Positions 46,743-54,478 of a DNA stretch of 64,000 nucleotides are shown here, one piece after another (position 1 is the stretch's first letter; each line of letters starts with the position of its first letter). The DNA is taken from IMG/VR virus record IMGVR_UViG_3300029288_000100, positions 46,099 to 110,098 of that record, one strand, 5' to 3'. Source of the stretch: a virus (lineage: Duplodnaviria; Caudoviricetes). A program made the position numbers and the translations under genes. The notes beneath the pieces are model-generated. The model saw only the letters and a list, made by a program, of their open reading frames with translations. It did not search any database and was not told where the DNA came from.

Positions 46743-46771
46743 TTGCCTCCTATCTTAACCTGTGTTAAGCT
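46743..46771 (+). promoter_or_regulatory. Divergent promoter TTGCCT-N17-TAAGCT with operator CTTAACCTGTGTTAAG (46754-46769)
   Basis: Same operator in the same position relative to the -10 box. Confidence 0.75.
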
Positions 46772-46794
46772 GTATCTATCAAATGGAGGTCGCC

Positions 46795-47196
46795 ATGACC
46801 CAGCTCGAGACGCTCCGCACCGCCTACCTGATCGCCCTCGACGCCCTGATCGCCCGCTACCCCGGGCAGGAAGTGAATCGCCGAAGCCACCTGGCGTGGC
46901 TCGAGCGCGCGGAGCTCGGGACCGTGACCCGGCGCATCCGGACGAAGGGCGGCTACACGGACATCTCCCGCGGCGCGACGGTCCTCTTTGTCCCGGAGGA
47001 CCCGGAGCTCCTCGCCGCGGAGCGGGTGTCGCGTCCGGCAGGGTATGAGGTCTTCGCGCCGCGCGCGGATGGAAATCTGGGGATCACTCTCGTGGGTCAG
47101 GGGACTGTCCGCCCCATCTGCCGGACCTGCGGCGGGTCCGGGCTGGTCCACCCCCACCCGACGGCGCTCATCGCGGTGAGCTGCCCGGACTGCTAG
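46795..47196 (+). CDS. Phage protein with C-terminal Zn-ribbon
   Basis: GGAGGT RBS; CRTCGGSG..CPDC. Confidence 0.7.
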   Translation: MTQLETLRTAYLIALDALIARYPGQEVNRRSHLAWLERAELGTVTRRIRTKGGYTDISRGATVLFVPEDPELLAAERVSRPAGYEVFAPRADGNLGITLVGQGTVRPICRTCGGSGLVHPHPTALIAVSCPDC

Positions 47197-47244
47197 GAGA
47201 TTGACATCAGTGAGGGATGGAGTGGAGAGGAGATGGCGAGCGGA

Positions 47245-47712
47245 TCAGCGCTCGCGGTCTGGAGCGGCGGAAGCTGGGGTGGGCTCCTCAGTGGTCGTCT
47301 CACCCGGCACCCGCGCCTCTTCCCCGCGGCTCGAGGAGGCCCAGAACCTCTCAGCCGCGTCGACCAGTGCCACCCACCCACCGTGACCGAGCGCCCCCAG
47401 CCGACGCTGCAGATCTGCCCCATCCACCCCCCACTTGGTGTCCAGGCGGTTGAGGGAGATCGCGTCGGCGATCTCCAGAGCAGCCCAGTGTGCCGGGGTG
47501 TCGTGCATCCAGCAGCCGTTGAGCGCGTCCATCACGAGTCGCCACTCGTCGACCGAGAGCTGCGGCAGGTCGCGCCGACAAACCTCGGCGTAGCGACGCA
47601 GACAGCGCCGGATCACCTCGCTCCGGTCCGCGAAGTTGCTCTCTCGCTCCTCCAGGATCGTCCACTCGGGGTCAAGTAGACGGATGCTCGTCGGTTTGCG
47701 GTCGTTGGCCAT
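47245..47712 (-). CDS. Ribbon-helix-helix domain regulator
   Basis: N-terminal PTSIRL..RSEVIRRCLRRY RHH pattern plus a helical C-terminal domain. Confidence 0.7.
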   Translation of the reverse strand: MANDRKPTSIRLLDPEWTILEERESNFADRSEVIRRCLRRYAEVCRRDLPQLSVDEWRLVMDALNGCWMHDTPAHWAALEIADAISLNRLDTKWGVDGADLQRRLGALGHGGWVALVDAAERFWASSSRGEEARVPGETTTEEPTPASAAPDRER

Positions 47713-48020
47713 CAGCGCACCTCCCCGTTCTGGACGGCTCTCTCGACCCGCTCCCAGTAGGCCCGGTCCTCGGTCTCACCGACCACCTCCAACGCGGTAT
47801 GCTCCGCTGGGTCACTGTAGATCTTCGTGCCGTCCTGCCACCTGTAATTGGCAGCCTCTTTTTCGGTGAGGACGTCGCTCTGCCGGCGCGCGGACAGCGT
47901 GCCCTGGCTCTCGCCCAGCTCGGACAGGTGGGCGTCCAACCAGGCCTCGCCCTCGGAACGAGTGGCGACGTGGCGCCACGAGAACAGCGACGATCCTGGG
48001 AGTCCGAATCTGGCGATCAT
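47712..48020 (-). CDS. Hypothetical phage protein
   Basis: GGAGGTG RBS; TGATG coupling. Confidence 0.65.
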   Translation of the reverse strand: MIARFGLPGSSLFSWRHVATRSEGEAWLDAHLSELGESQGTLSARRQSDVLTEKEAANYRWQDGTKIYSDPAEHTALEVVGETEDRAYWERVERAVQNGEVR

Positions 48021-48343
48021 CAGCGCACCTCCACCGGGATCGACACCCACAGCTCAGCCTCGGGCGACCAGCCCCCACCGCGGCAGGGCCGGCCCAGGGT
48101 CATCTGGTAGTGCGCGGCAGTCTTATGGCCCCGTTCCACGGCGTAGCCGTCGCTGCGCGGCCCGCCGCAGACCTGCAGCCCCGTGGTGCGCTCGACTGAC
48201 CGGACCACCGCGTCAATCGGGCTCTCGCCGTCCTGGGCCACTGCGTAGGTGGCGAAGGCCAGCCCGCTCAGCTTGCGCCCCCACCTGGAAAAGTTGATCC
48301 GCTGTCGTCCCGTCATCTGACCCATGGTACCCTCCGTCATCAT
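48020..48343 (-). CDS. Hypothetical phage protein
   Basis: First gene after the AT-rich gap; GGAGG RBS before an internal Met. Confidence 0.65.
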   Translation of the reverse strand: MMTEGTMGQMTGRQRINFSRWGRKLSGLAFATYAVAQDGESPIDAVVRSVERTTGLQVCGGPRSDGYAVERGHKTAAHYQMTLGRPCRGGGWSPEAELWVSIPVEVR

Positions 48344-48349
48344 GCTATC

Positions 48350-48404
48350 AGTGTAGCACGGCCGTAGGACAGGGCAAGTATATTTGTATGACAGATGTAA
48401 TACC
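48350..48404 (-). promoter_or_regulatory. Putative promoter (TTGCCC-N16-TACACT) with phased GTAnnAC repeats
   Basis: GTAGCAC 48353, GTAGGAC 48364, GTATGAC 48386, GTAATAC 48397 (11-bp phase). Confidence 0.55.
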
Positions 48405-48420
48405 GGTGAGATTAAAGCGC

Positions 48421-49059
48421 TTACTCCCAGGCCTCAGAGAACTCCTGGTCCGCGAACGCCTCCGCGAGCCCTGACACCTGCTTCAACCGCAGCACCTCGT
48501 CCGGGTCCATCCCGAGCTCGCGCGCGATCCACACGTCGTCGTGGTTCCTCCGCGAGAGCTCCACCACGATCTCGCTCATCGCGGCCACCTGGTGCTGCCC
48601 GCGCGCCCGGTTGTGCCGGATGGTCGAAGCGATGCGGTCGCTCCGGTCCCCACGCTCGCGGTTGATGAGCGTGACCGGCAACCGGCCGTGCACCCGCTTG
48701 CGCACCACCCTGGAGTTCCGCCCGACGAGGTTGCGGTGGAACCCGTCCACCACCACGTGTTCGCCCGGGTCCTCCTCAAACGTGACGATCGGCTGTGTGT
48801 AGCCGTCTGAGACGATGCTGAGCTCGAGCAGCTTCATCTCGGGCGGGGCTACGCGGTTCGGGTTGTAGTCGTTGGCGGTCACCTGATCCGCGGGCACCCA
48901 GATTACGCAGTCCACAGGTTCAGTCGCGAACGGGCTGACCGCGTGCAGGGCGCGGCGCACCCCGTTCAACGCCTCGATCCTGGCATCGCCCTCGAGACGG
49001 GCGATCTCCGCGACCAGCTCCGCCGTCTTGCGCCTCACGGCAGCGTCGTCATGTTCCAT
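48421..49059 (-). CDS. ibrB: IbrB/YbdM-like ParB/Srx-domain protein
   Basis: EPVDCVIWVP, ANDYNPNRVAPPEMKLL, DGYTQPIV, VVDGFHR, ASTIRHNRARG, LGMDPDEVLRLKQ. Confidence 0.9.
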   Translation of the reverse strand: MEHDDAAVRRKTAELVAEIARLEGDARIEALNGVRRALHAVSPFATEPVDCVIWVPADQVTANDYNPNRVAPPEMKLLELSIVSDGYTQPIVTFEEDPGEHVVVDGFHRNLVGRNSRVVRKRVHGRLPVTLINRERGDRSDRIASTIRHNRARGQHQVAAMSEIVVELSRRNHDDVWIARELGMDPDEVLRLKQVSGLAEAFADQEFSEAWE

Positions 49060-50261
49060 TGCTCCCTCCGGCGCCGCATGAGCTCGAGGTACCGCTTGTA
49101 AGAGTCCGGGCTCTTGTGTGGCGCGAAGTGAAAGTCCTTGCACCAGTAGTCGTTGCGCAGAAGCATCTTGCACACTCGCCGCCACGTGGGAGCCGCGTGC
49201 GCCGCCTCGACCTTCCGGTCCGCCTCGTCGGGGATCTCGGTCACCCCACGGTGGTCAGCCCACCACTTGAGCCAGATCGCGATCTTGTTCTCGAAGTGCT
49301 CCCGCATCCGCGGCGGCATGCTCCCGAGGAGCTGCTGCGCGAACGACTTCCAGGTGTGTCCCTCCGGGCAGGACACCTTGATTCGCCCGAGGATGTTCCC
49401 TGCCTCGCGCGCGTACCGCGCCCCCTGGTTTGCGCCGTTCACCCGCGCGACGACGCGCGCCCACGTCTCCGGCTCGATGATGTGAAACAGCCACAGCCCC
49501 TTCCGCTGGTCGTCTCCGTAGGGCTGGCAGATCCGCTGTTGGTGGATCGATAGTCCGGCCTGGTGCATGCGATCGTAGAGCCGGTTGTACGGCCTCTTCT
49601 CCTGCCCGAAGTAGATCCAGATGTCCCGCGTTCGCCAGTCATAGATCGGGTAGGCGTTGAAGACGTTCGGCGTGATCCGCGTCGTCCACTGCAGCCCGTC
49701 CAGTGTCTCCTTCGACGTGCTCTTGACCGTGCGGTAGCGGTTCAGGCTCTCGTCTGCCCGGATGCCCACCAAACACGCGGTGCGCTCGCCCTGCGCGTAC
49801 CACTCGCCGAAGGCCGGGACGAACTCCTCGAACTCCATCCCACGTCGAAAGAACGGGAAGAACGCCTCATCCACCACGCTGCGCGGGTCCGGCTCCCGGA
49901 TCCAGTCTGCTCTGCGGTTCGGATCCCAGCACAGCCATTGCGGCTCAAACTGGCTGACCGCGTTCCGCAGCGACAGCGGCAGCGCGACCCAGAAGAGATC
50001 AACCAGGTCCCGGTAGAGGTCGCAGCACCGGCGGACGTGATCGATCGTCAGGCGGTACTGCCCCTCGAGGTCCACGATCAGGACGCCGAAGCGGCGGCCG
50101 CGCCGGCGCGCCTCATCCGCCGTCAGGTGCAGGAGCACCGACGAGTCCTTCCCACCCGAGAAGCTCACGTATATCCGCTCGAAATGGTCGAAGACCGTCG
50201 CCACCCGCCGACGCGCCGCGGTCAACACGTCGATACCCAGAGGCTTCTTGTTCCCAGTCAT
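49035..50261 (-). CDS. ibrA: IbrA/YbdN-like PAPS-reductase-family protein with DUF3440
   Basis: SFSGGKDS, GIRADESLNR, PIYDW, QRICQPYGDDQRKGL, WRRVCKMLLRNDYWC. Confidence 0.92.
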   Translation of the reverse strand: MTGNKKPLGIDVLTAARRRVATVFDHFERIYVSFSGGKDSSVLLHLTADEARRRGRRFGVLIVDLEGQYRLTIDHVRRCCDLYRDLVDLFWVALPLSLRNAVSQFEPQWLCWDPNRRADWIREPDPRSVVDEAFFPFFRRGMEFEEFVPAFGEWYAQGERTACLVGIRADESLNRYRTVKSTSKETLDGLQWTTRITPNVFNAYPIYDWRTRDIWIYFGQEKRPYNRLYDRMHQAGLSIHQQRICQPYGDDQRKGLWLFHIIEPETWARVVARVNGANQGARYAREAGNILGRIKVSCPEGHTWKSFAQQLLGSMPPRMREHFENKIAIWLKWWADHRGVTEIPDEADRKVEAAHAAPTWRRVCKMLLRNDYWCKDFHFAPHKSPDSYKRYLELMRRRREQWNMTTLP

Positions 50262-50656
50262 CGCCGCCACTCTAGGTGCGTGGTCCCGAGCTTGAAGGTC
50301 CGCCGCGGCGCGAACCCAAGCTTGAGAAATAGCCGACTGCGGAAGGCGAACACGTCCACCACGTCAGCCGCTCCACGCGCCACATCGAAGCGAACCCGCA
50401 CGAGCTCCTCCCCCAGCCCCCGACCGCGGAATTCGGGCAGGACGAAGCACCCCCCTAAGCGCGCACGGAGCGGCAACCTCCGCACGTAACCGCACGCGAC
50501 GACCCGCCGCTCGTCGAAGGCGGCGAACCACGTCACCTCCGGGTCGCTCGATGCAACGCTCTCCAGCGGCGGGAGGTCGCGCAGAGTCACCCCCTCCCGT
50601 CGCGCGGCTCGAGCGAGCGACCGAACCGCCCCAAAGCTGACTTCAGTCACGTGCAC
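50258..50656 (-). CDS. GNAT family acetyltransferase
   Basis: FVLPEFRGRGLG acetyl-CoA motif; LFLKLGF. Confidence 0.85.
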   Translation of the reverse strand: MHVTEVSFGAVRSLARAARREGVTLRDLPPLESVASSDPEVTWFAAFDERRVVACGYVRRLPLRARLGGCFVLPEFRGRGLGEELVRVRFDVARGAADVVDVFAFRSRLFLKLGFAPRRTFKLGTTHLEWRR

Positions 50657-51372
50657 CGCGGAACCTCGGGGTAGTAGCGCCGCTCCCACTGCCCACGTCC
50701 GCACCCGGTCCCGCGCTCGTCGCCGATTCCGTCGACGCGGATCCGCGCGCGGTCCCAGAACCCACCCTCGCTCATCGCGTAGGCCGGGTGCACCGGGAGG
50801 TCGTACTTGCGGAGGTAGGCGAAGACGAGCGCCGCGTCCCACCAGACGATCGGCGCGCATGAGCTCGGCGAACTGCACCCGAAGCGTCGGGCGCGCCGTC
50901 TACGGCGCCCGGACTCCCGCGCCCGCAGCCCGAGAATCCGCCGACCCAGCTCGTCGGCCTCGCGGAAGAACAGCCGACAGTCCTGCTCCCAGGTCAGGTC
51001 TCGCCACCCCACACCGGCTGGCAGGCATGTGTCCGTGACGACGATCTCCTGGTAGTCGACAGGAAACCTCCGCAGAAAAACATCCCGGACCGCGGGGCAG
51101 TCGGGGTTGTGCGAGGGGTCGTAGCGGACCCAAACGAAGGGCACCCGCAGACCCGCGCGCACCGCGAGGTGCGCGACGACGACGGAGTCCTTGCCCCAGC
51201 TCACCGCAACGAAGCACGTTCCGTCGAGCCCCGCGAAGCGTTGAAGCTCCGCGAGCGCCGCCTCCTCCCTCCGCGCAAGGTGTTCCGAACCGGCCAGCAC
51301 CTGATCAGTCTGCTCCAGGCGAGCCCAGACCTCAAGGTCGATCGCGGTGTGCCGTGGGCTCGGGATCAGCAC
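50647..51372 (-). CDS. CysH-like (PAPS reductase family) protein of the type IV-B locus
   Basis: VAVSWGKDS PP-loop, ILGLRARES, PIVWW..VFAYL..LPVHPAY; no C-terminal ECG(L/I)H catalytic motif. Confidence 0.88.
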   Translation of the reverse strand: MLIPSPRHTAIDLEVWARLEQTDQVLAGSEHLARREEAALAELQRFAGLDGTCFVAVSWGKDSVVVAHLAVRAGLRVPFVWVRYDPSHNPDCPAVRDVFLRRFPVDYQEIVVTDTCLPAGVGWRDLTWEQDCRLFFREADELGRRILGLRARESGRRRRRARRFGCSSPSSCAPIVWWDAALVFAYLRKYDLPVHPAYAMSEGGFWDRARIRVDGIGDERGTGCGRGQWERRYYPEVPRCT

Positions 51373-51623
51373 CGGTCGTGTCCCTTCAGCACCGTCAGGA
51401 TCTGTGGTGCCCCGCGGTCGTTCTCGGCCACCCGGAACCGCAGTCGACGCGGCCTCCGCCCGCGGTAGAGCCAGACGCCGGGCTCGAGCTCCTTCACCCG
51501 GCGCGCGGTCTCGGACTCGCGGATCAGCGCCGCCAGCGCCAGTTCGTAGGTGAGCTGTGGATCCACCCGCTCGACGTACCGCCGGACCGCGTGCGGCGTG
51601 ACGAACCAGCGCCCGGCGATCAC
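51366..51623 (-). CDS. Small protein with RelE/DUF4258-like RNase pattern
   Basis: VTPHAVRRYVER and C-terminal QILTVL; overlaps both neighbours. Confidence 0.6.
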   Translation of the reverse strand: MIAGRWFVTPHAVRRYVERVDPQLTYELALAALIRESETARRVKELEPGVWLYRGRRPRRLRFRVAENDRGAPQILTVLKGHDRC

Positions 51624-52261
51624 AGGAACGTCTCCGGAACAGCGCGCCAGTCGGACCCCTCCGCGCGCCAGTACGGGTGCATGATCCGGCAGAAACGGAG
51701 GTACAGCCAGTCGGGGGCCAAATCGCGCGGGAGCGGACGCGCCGGCGCCTCGTCACAGGTGAACACGGATCGGTCCTCCTCGATCTCGACCACCTCCCAT
51801 CTGGCGACCCACCCGTACCCCGACGCCCGCTTCGCCCCGAGCGCGAGCACGTGTCGAAGAAGCGCGCGAACCTCCGCGACGTCGCCAAATCCCCACCACG
51901 TCAACCGCATGCCCGCCGGCAGCGCAAGGCGCAGCGGAACCCAGAACGCCTTGTAGCGCCCGGACGTCGGGAGCTTCGCGGCGGAGGTCAGAAGCACCAG
52001 GTCACGCAGGTCGGGAAGCTTGCGCGTCCAGCGCCGGGCCTGGAACTCCTGCACGACGAGGTGCGCCTCCGAGGCGTGGTAGAAGCCCTGCAGGTGTAGC
52101 TGAAGCGGGATCGGGAGGTCCACCGCGTCGTGGTACTCAAGCTCCGGCGGTGGGAACCTGCGCAGCCCCGCAACCACCGCCGCGAGGAGCGCGTCAAGCG
52201 CAATCGGGTGGGTCGCGACCAACGCTTGCGCGAGCGTCGCCCTGACAACGAACGGAGTCAC
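51620..52261 (-). CDS. csf3: Type IV CRISPR Csf3 (Cas5-like RAMP)
   Basis: IALDALLA, PIPL..FYHAS, GRYKA, GDVAEVRALL, G-loop LGAKRASGYGWV..W. Confidence 0.85.
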   Translation of the reverse strand: MTPFVVRATLAQALVATHPIALDALLAAVVAGLRRFPPPELEYHDAVDLPIPLQLHLQGFYHASEAHLVVQEFQARRWTRKLPDLRDLVLLTSAAKLPTSGRYKAFWVPLRLALPAGMRLTWWGFGDVAEVRALLRHVLALGAKRASGYGWVARWEVVEIEEDRSVFTCDEAPARPLPRDLAPDWLYLRFCRIMHPYWRAEGSDWRAVPETFL

Positions 52262-53334
52262 CGGATCGCCGTCAGCCACGCGAGGAGGTCGGTGCGGTTC
52301 ATGACCACGTGGTCGAGGTACGGCCCCGCGAACTGCCGCGCTGTTGCCTCGATCCGAGCATCCTGATCCAGCGCGCGAAGCCCCTCGGCGAGGGAGCTCG
52401 TCTCCCCCGACGCATGGACTGCCCGCAACGCGACAGCGCCGTGCCCTGTCGCCCCCTTGGCCCCGAGCTGTCCACGCGCCCCAAGCGCGAGGAGGGCACA
52501 GACGAGGGCTGAATGTTCGAGCGGCGTCATCAGGACGCCGCCCACCTGCCAGAGCCAGCGCGCGCCGGCGCACACCGCCTCATAGGCGAAGATCATCTGG
52601 TTGCTGTCCGTGGCGCCCTCCTCCGAGGAGAGGCTCTGCTCCCACGCATCACGGTCCTCGGGGCGAAGCGCGTGCCGCGCAAGCAGTCCACGCCGAGCAT
52701 CATGGCGGGTCGCCTGCCGGCGCTCTCGGTACTCCTCGGCCGGCTGGAGGTCGCCGGCGAGCTCGGTCAGCGGAGGACAGAGCAGCCGCACCCGCCACGC
52801 GTTCTGCGCACAGAGCAGGATCGCGTACGCCACCTGGAGCTTGCCCGGGATGAGGAGCGACCCGAGCCCGCCCCCGAAGAGACCCAGGTAGGGGAAGAGC
52901 TCGAGCGCGCGGCGGTACCCGGCAACATCCAGCGTCTCCGCCTGCCGCCCGAGGGACCCACCCGAGAGCAGGAAGTGCTGGGCCGCCACCGGCAGGGAGC
53001 CGAGCTCAAGGTCCAGCGTCCGGAGCGTCAGGTGCGCCAAGGCCTCGCGGAGCGCGTGGCGGAGGGAGTTGCCCGTCAGGCAGGGCACGTCCTGCGGCAA
53101 ACCTTGCGGGTCATCCGGATCGACCACCCGCTCCGTCATGAGGAGCGCCTCATTCCCGACAGTCCCGGAGGAATGCACGATCGGGGTCAGGCTGGTGATC
53201 AGCACGTCGTAACGCACCGTCATCAGCTCGCCGTAGCGGGTCGGAGCCGCCACCGCGCCGGGCGACAGGTTCGCCAGCGTTTCGCAACCATTGGGATTCT
53301 CGGCTTCCACGTCGGCCACTCTCCTCCTCTTCAT
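52258..53334 (-). CDS. csf2: Type IV CRISPR Csf2 (Cas7-like RAMP); alternative start at 53223
   Basis: SLTPIVH, VPCLTGNSLRHALR, LLSGGSL, FPYLGLFGG..IPGKLQV, QMIFAYE, LGAKGATGHG. Confidence 0.9.
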   Translation of the reverse strand: MKRRRVADVEAENPNGCETLANLSPGAVAAPTRYGELMTVRYDVLITSLTPIVHSSGTVGNEALLMTERVVDPDDPQGLPQDVPCLTGNSLRHALREALAHLTLRTLDLELGSLPVAAQHFLLSGGSLGRQAETLDVAGYRRALELFPYLGLFGGGLGSLLIPGKLQVAYAILLCAQNAWRVRLLCPPLTELAGDLQPAEEYRERRQATRHDARRGLLARHALRPEDRDAWEQSLSSEEGATDSNQMIFAYEAVCAGARWLWQVGGVLMTPLEHSALVCALLALGARGQLGAKGATGHGAVALRAVHASGETSSLAEGLRALDQDARIEATARQFAGPYLDHVVMNRTDLLAWLTAIR

Positions 53335-53732
53335 GGAACGTCCCTCTCCTCGATCTGGCGGAAGGCGGACTTGACGGACTCCCACCGCACGCGCGCCAGC
53401 GCCGCCACGCCGCAGATCTCCTGCGGCAGGAGCTGGAGTGCCCGACGCTCGGATGTCTCCGGGTCGGGCGGCAGTGCGCGGACTGTCTTCCGCAGCGCAC
53501 CCCAAGCCGTCGTGACGGACGTCTTGGACGGCGCACCAGTCGTTGGGACCTGCAGCGCGCGCAGGACGAAGGTCAGCCAGCGCTCGAGTCGCGTGCTCTG
53601 GCGCGCCCCTGCCACCATAACGTTCGGGATCCGCTCCCACATCGTCCGGCGCTCCCCGGGGTAGGCGCGAACCAGGGCGACAGTCATCTCCGCCCATGTT
53701 GTGAGGAGTCGTTCCCGCTGTTCATCCGTCAA
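53331..53732 (-). CDS. Putative Cas11-like small subunit
   Basis: 133-aa all-helical ORF between csf1 and csf2, the Cas11 position in type IV-B loci. Confidence 0.6.
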   Translation of the reverse strand: MTDEQRERLLTTWAEMTVALVRAYPGERRTMWERIPNVMVAGARQSTRLERWLTFVLRALQVPTTGAPSKTSVTTAWGALRKTVRALPPDPETSERRALQLLPQEICGVAALARVRWESVKSAFRQIEERDVP

Positions 53733-54451
53733 GACTTCACCTCCAGGTGGAGGGCGAGCTCAAGCTCCGCCCGGCCGCGGATCACCCGGACCCGCTCCTC
53801 CAGGGGACGCCAGCGATCTAACCCGGCCTTGGCTATCCGCCGCGAATCGTACCGCCCAGTCAGGATCTCATCTTTGGTGAACCCGAGCGCGAGCAGCTCC
53901 CGGACGGGCGCCAGCGTCGTCCAGTGTGATCCATCCAGCGTCAGCGCGGCGAGCTCGGTCTCAAACACGACCAGAGCAGCCGTCTGCCTGACAACGTTCA
54001 CCGACGCGCGGGGGATCACGTGCTTGCGCCCCGAGGTCGGAACCGCCGCGAACCAAGAACTGCCCGACGGCAACTCGAGGCAGACGAGGAGCGCGGCGAG
54101 GACCTCGGCGACGTCCCGCTTCAGGAAGCGAAGCCAGGTCCACTCGGAGTCGACGCGCCGAGAGCAGACGTGCGCCTCCAGCCGCAGGCACTCCGGAGAA
54201 CCCGGTTTCCCGGACCGCACCCAGGCGCAGGGCTCGCAGACCACGGCGTTGGGTCCGCCCGGCCCGTGCCACAGATCCCAGTCGGTCGCAGAGGGCGGAA
54301 GCCAGTCTCGCCAAGGCGCGGAGCGCGGCGCCGGCAACCCGCAAATGTGGCAGGTGGGAACCGGGCCGCTGGAGGAGCTGAACCCGGGGAGCGCGGGGGA
54401 CCCGGCCAGACGGAATAGGACACGGACCGGGAAGAGGGATTTGTCCAGCAC
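53729..54451 (-). CDS. csf1: Type IV CRISPR Csf1 (Cas8-like)
   Basis: CHICG..VCEPC Zn finger, SGRKH motif, LGFTKDEI.TGRY. Confidence 0.8.
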   Translation of the reverse strand: MLDKSLFPVRVLFRLAGSPALPGFSSSSGPVPTCHICGLPAPRSAPWRDWLPPSATDWDLWHGPGGPNAVVCEPCAWVRSGKPGSPECLRLEAHVCSRRVDSEWTWLRFLKRDVAEVLAALLVCLELPSGSSWFAAVPTSGRKHVIPRASVNVVRQTAALVVFETELAALTLDGSHWTTLAPVRELLALGFTKDEILTGRYDSRRIAKAGLDRWRPLEERVRVIRGRAELELALHLEVKS

Positions 54452-54478
54452 GTGAGTAGGTATCCAGGACGAGTCACA

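Noticed and set aside
49035-51372. Sulfate assimilation (true cysH) auxiliary metabolic genes
   Set aside because: The catalytic ECG(L/I)H tail is absent, no other cys genes are present, and the context is csf/ibrB
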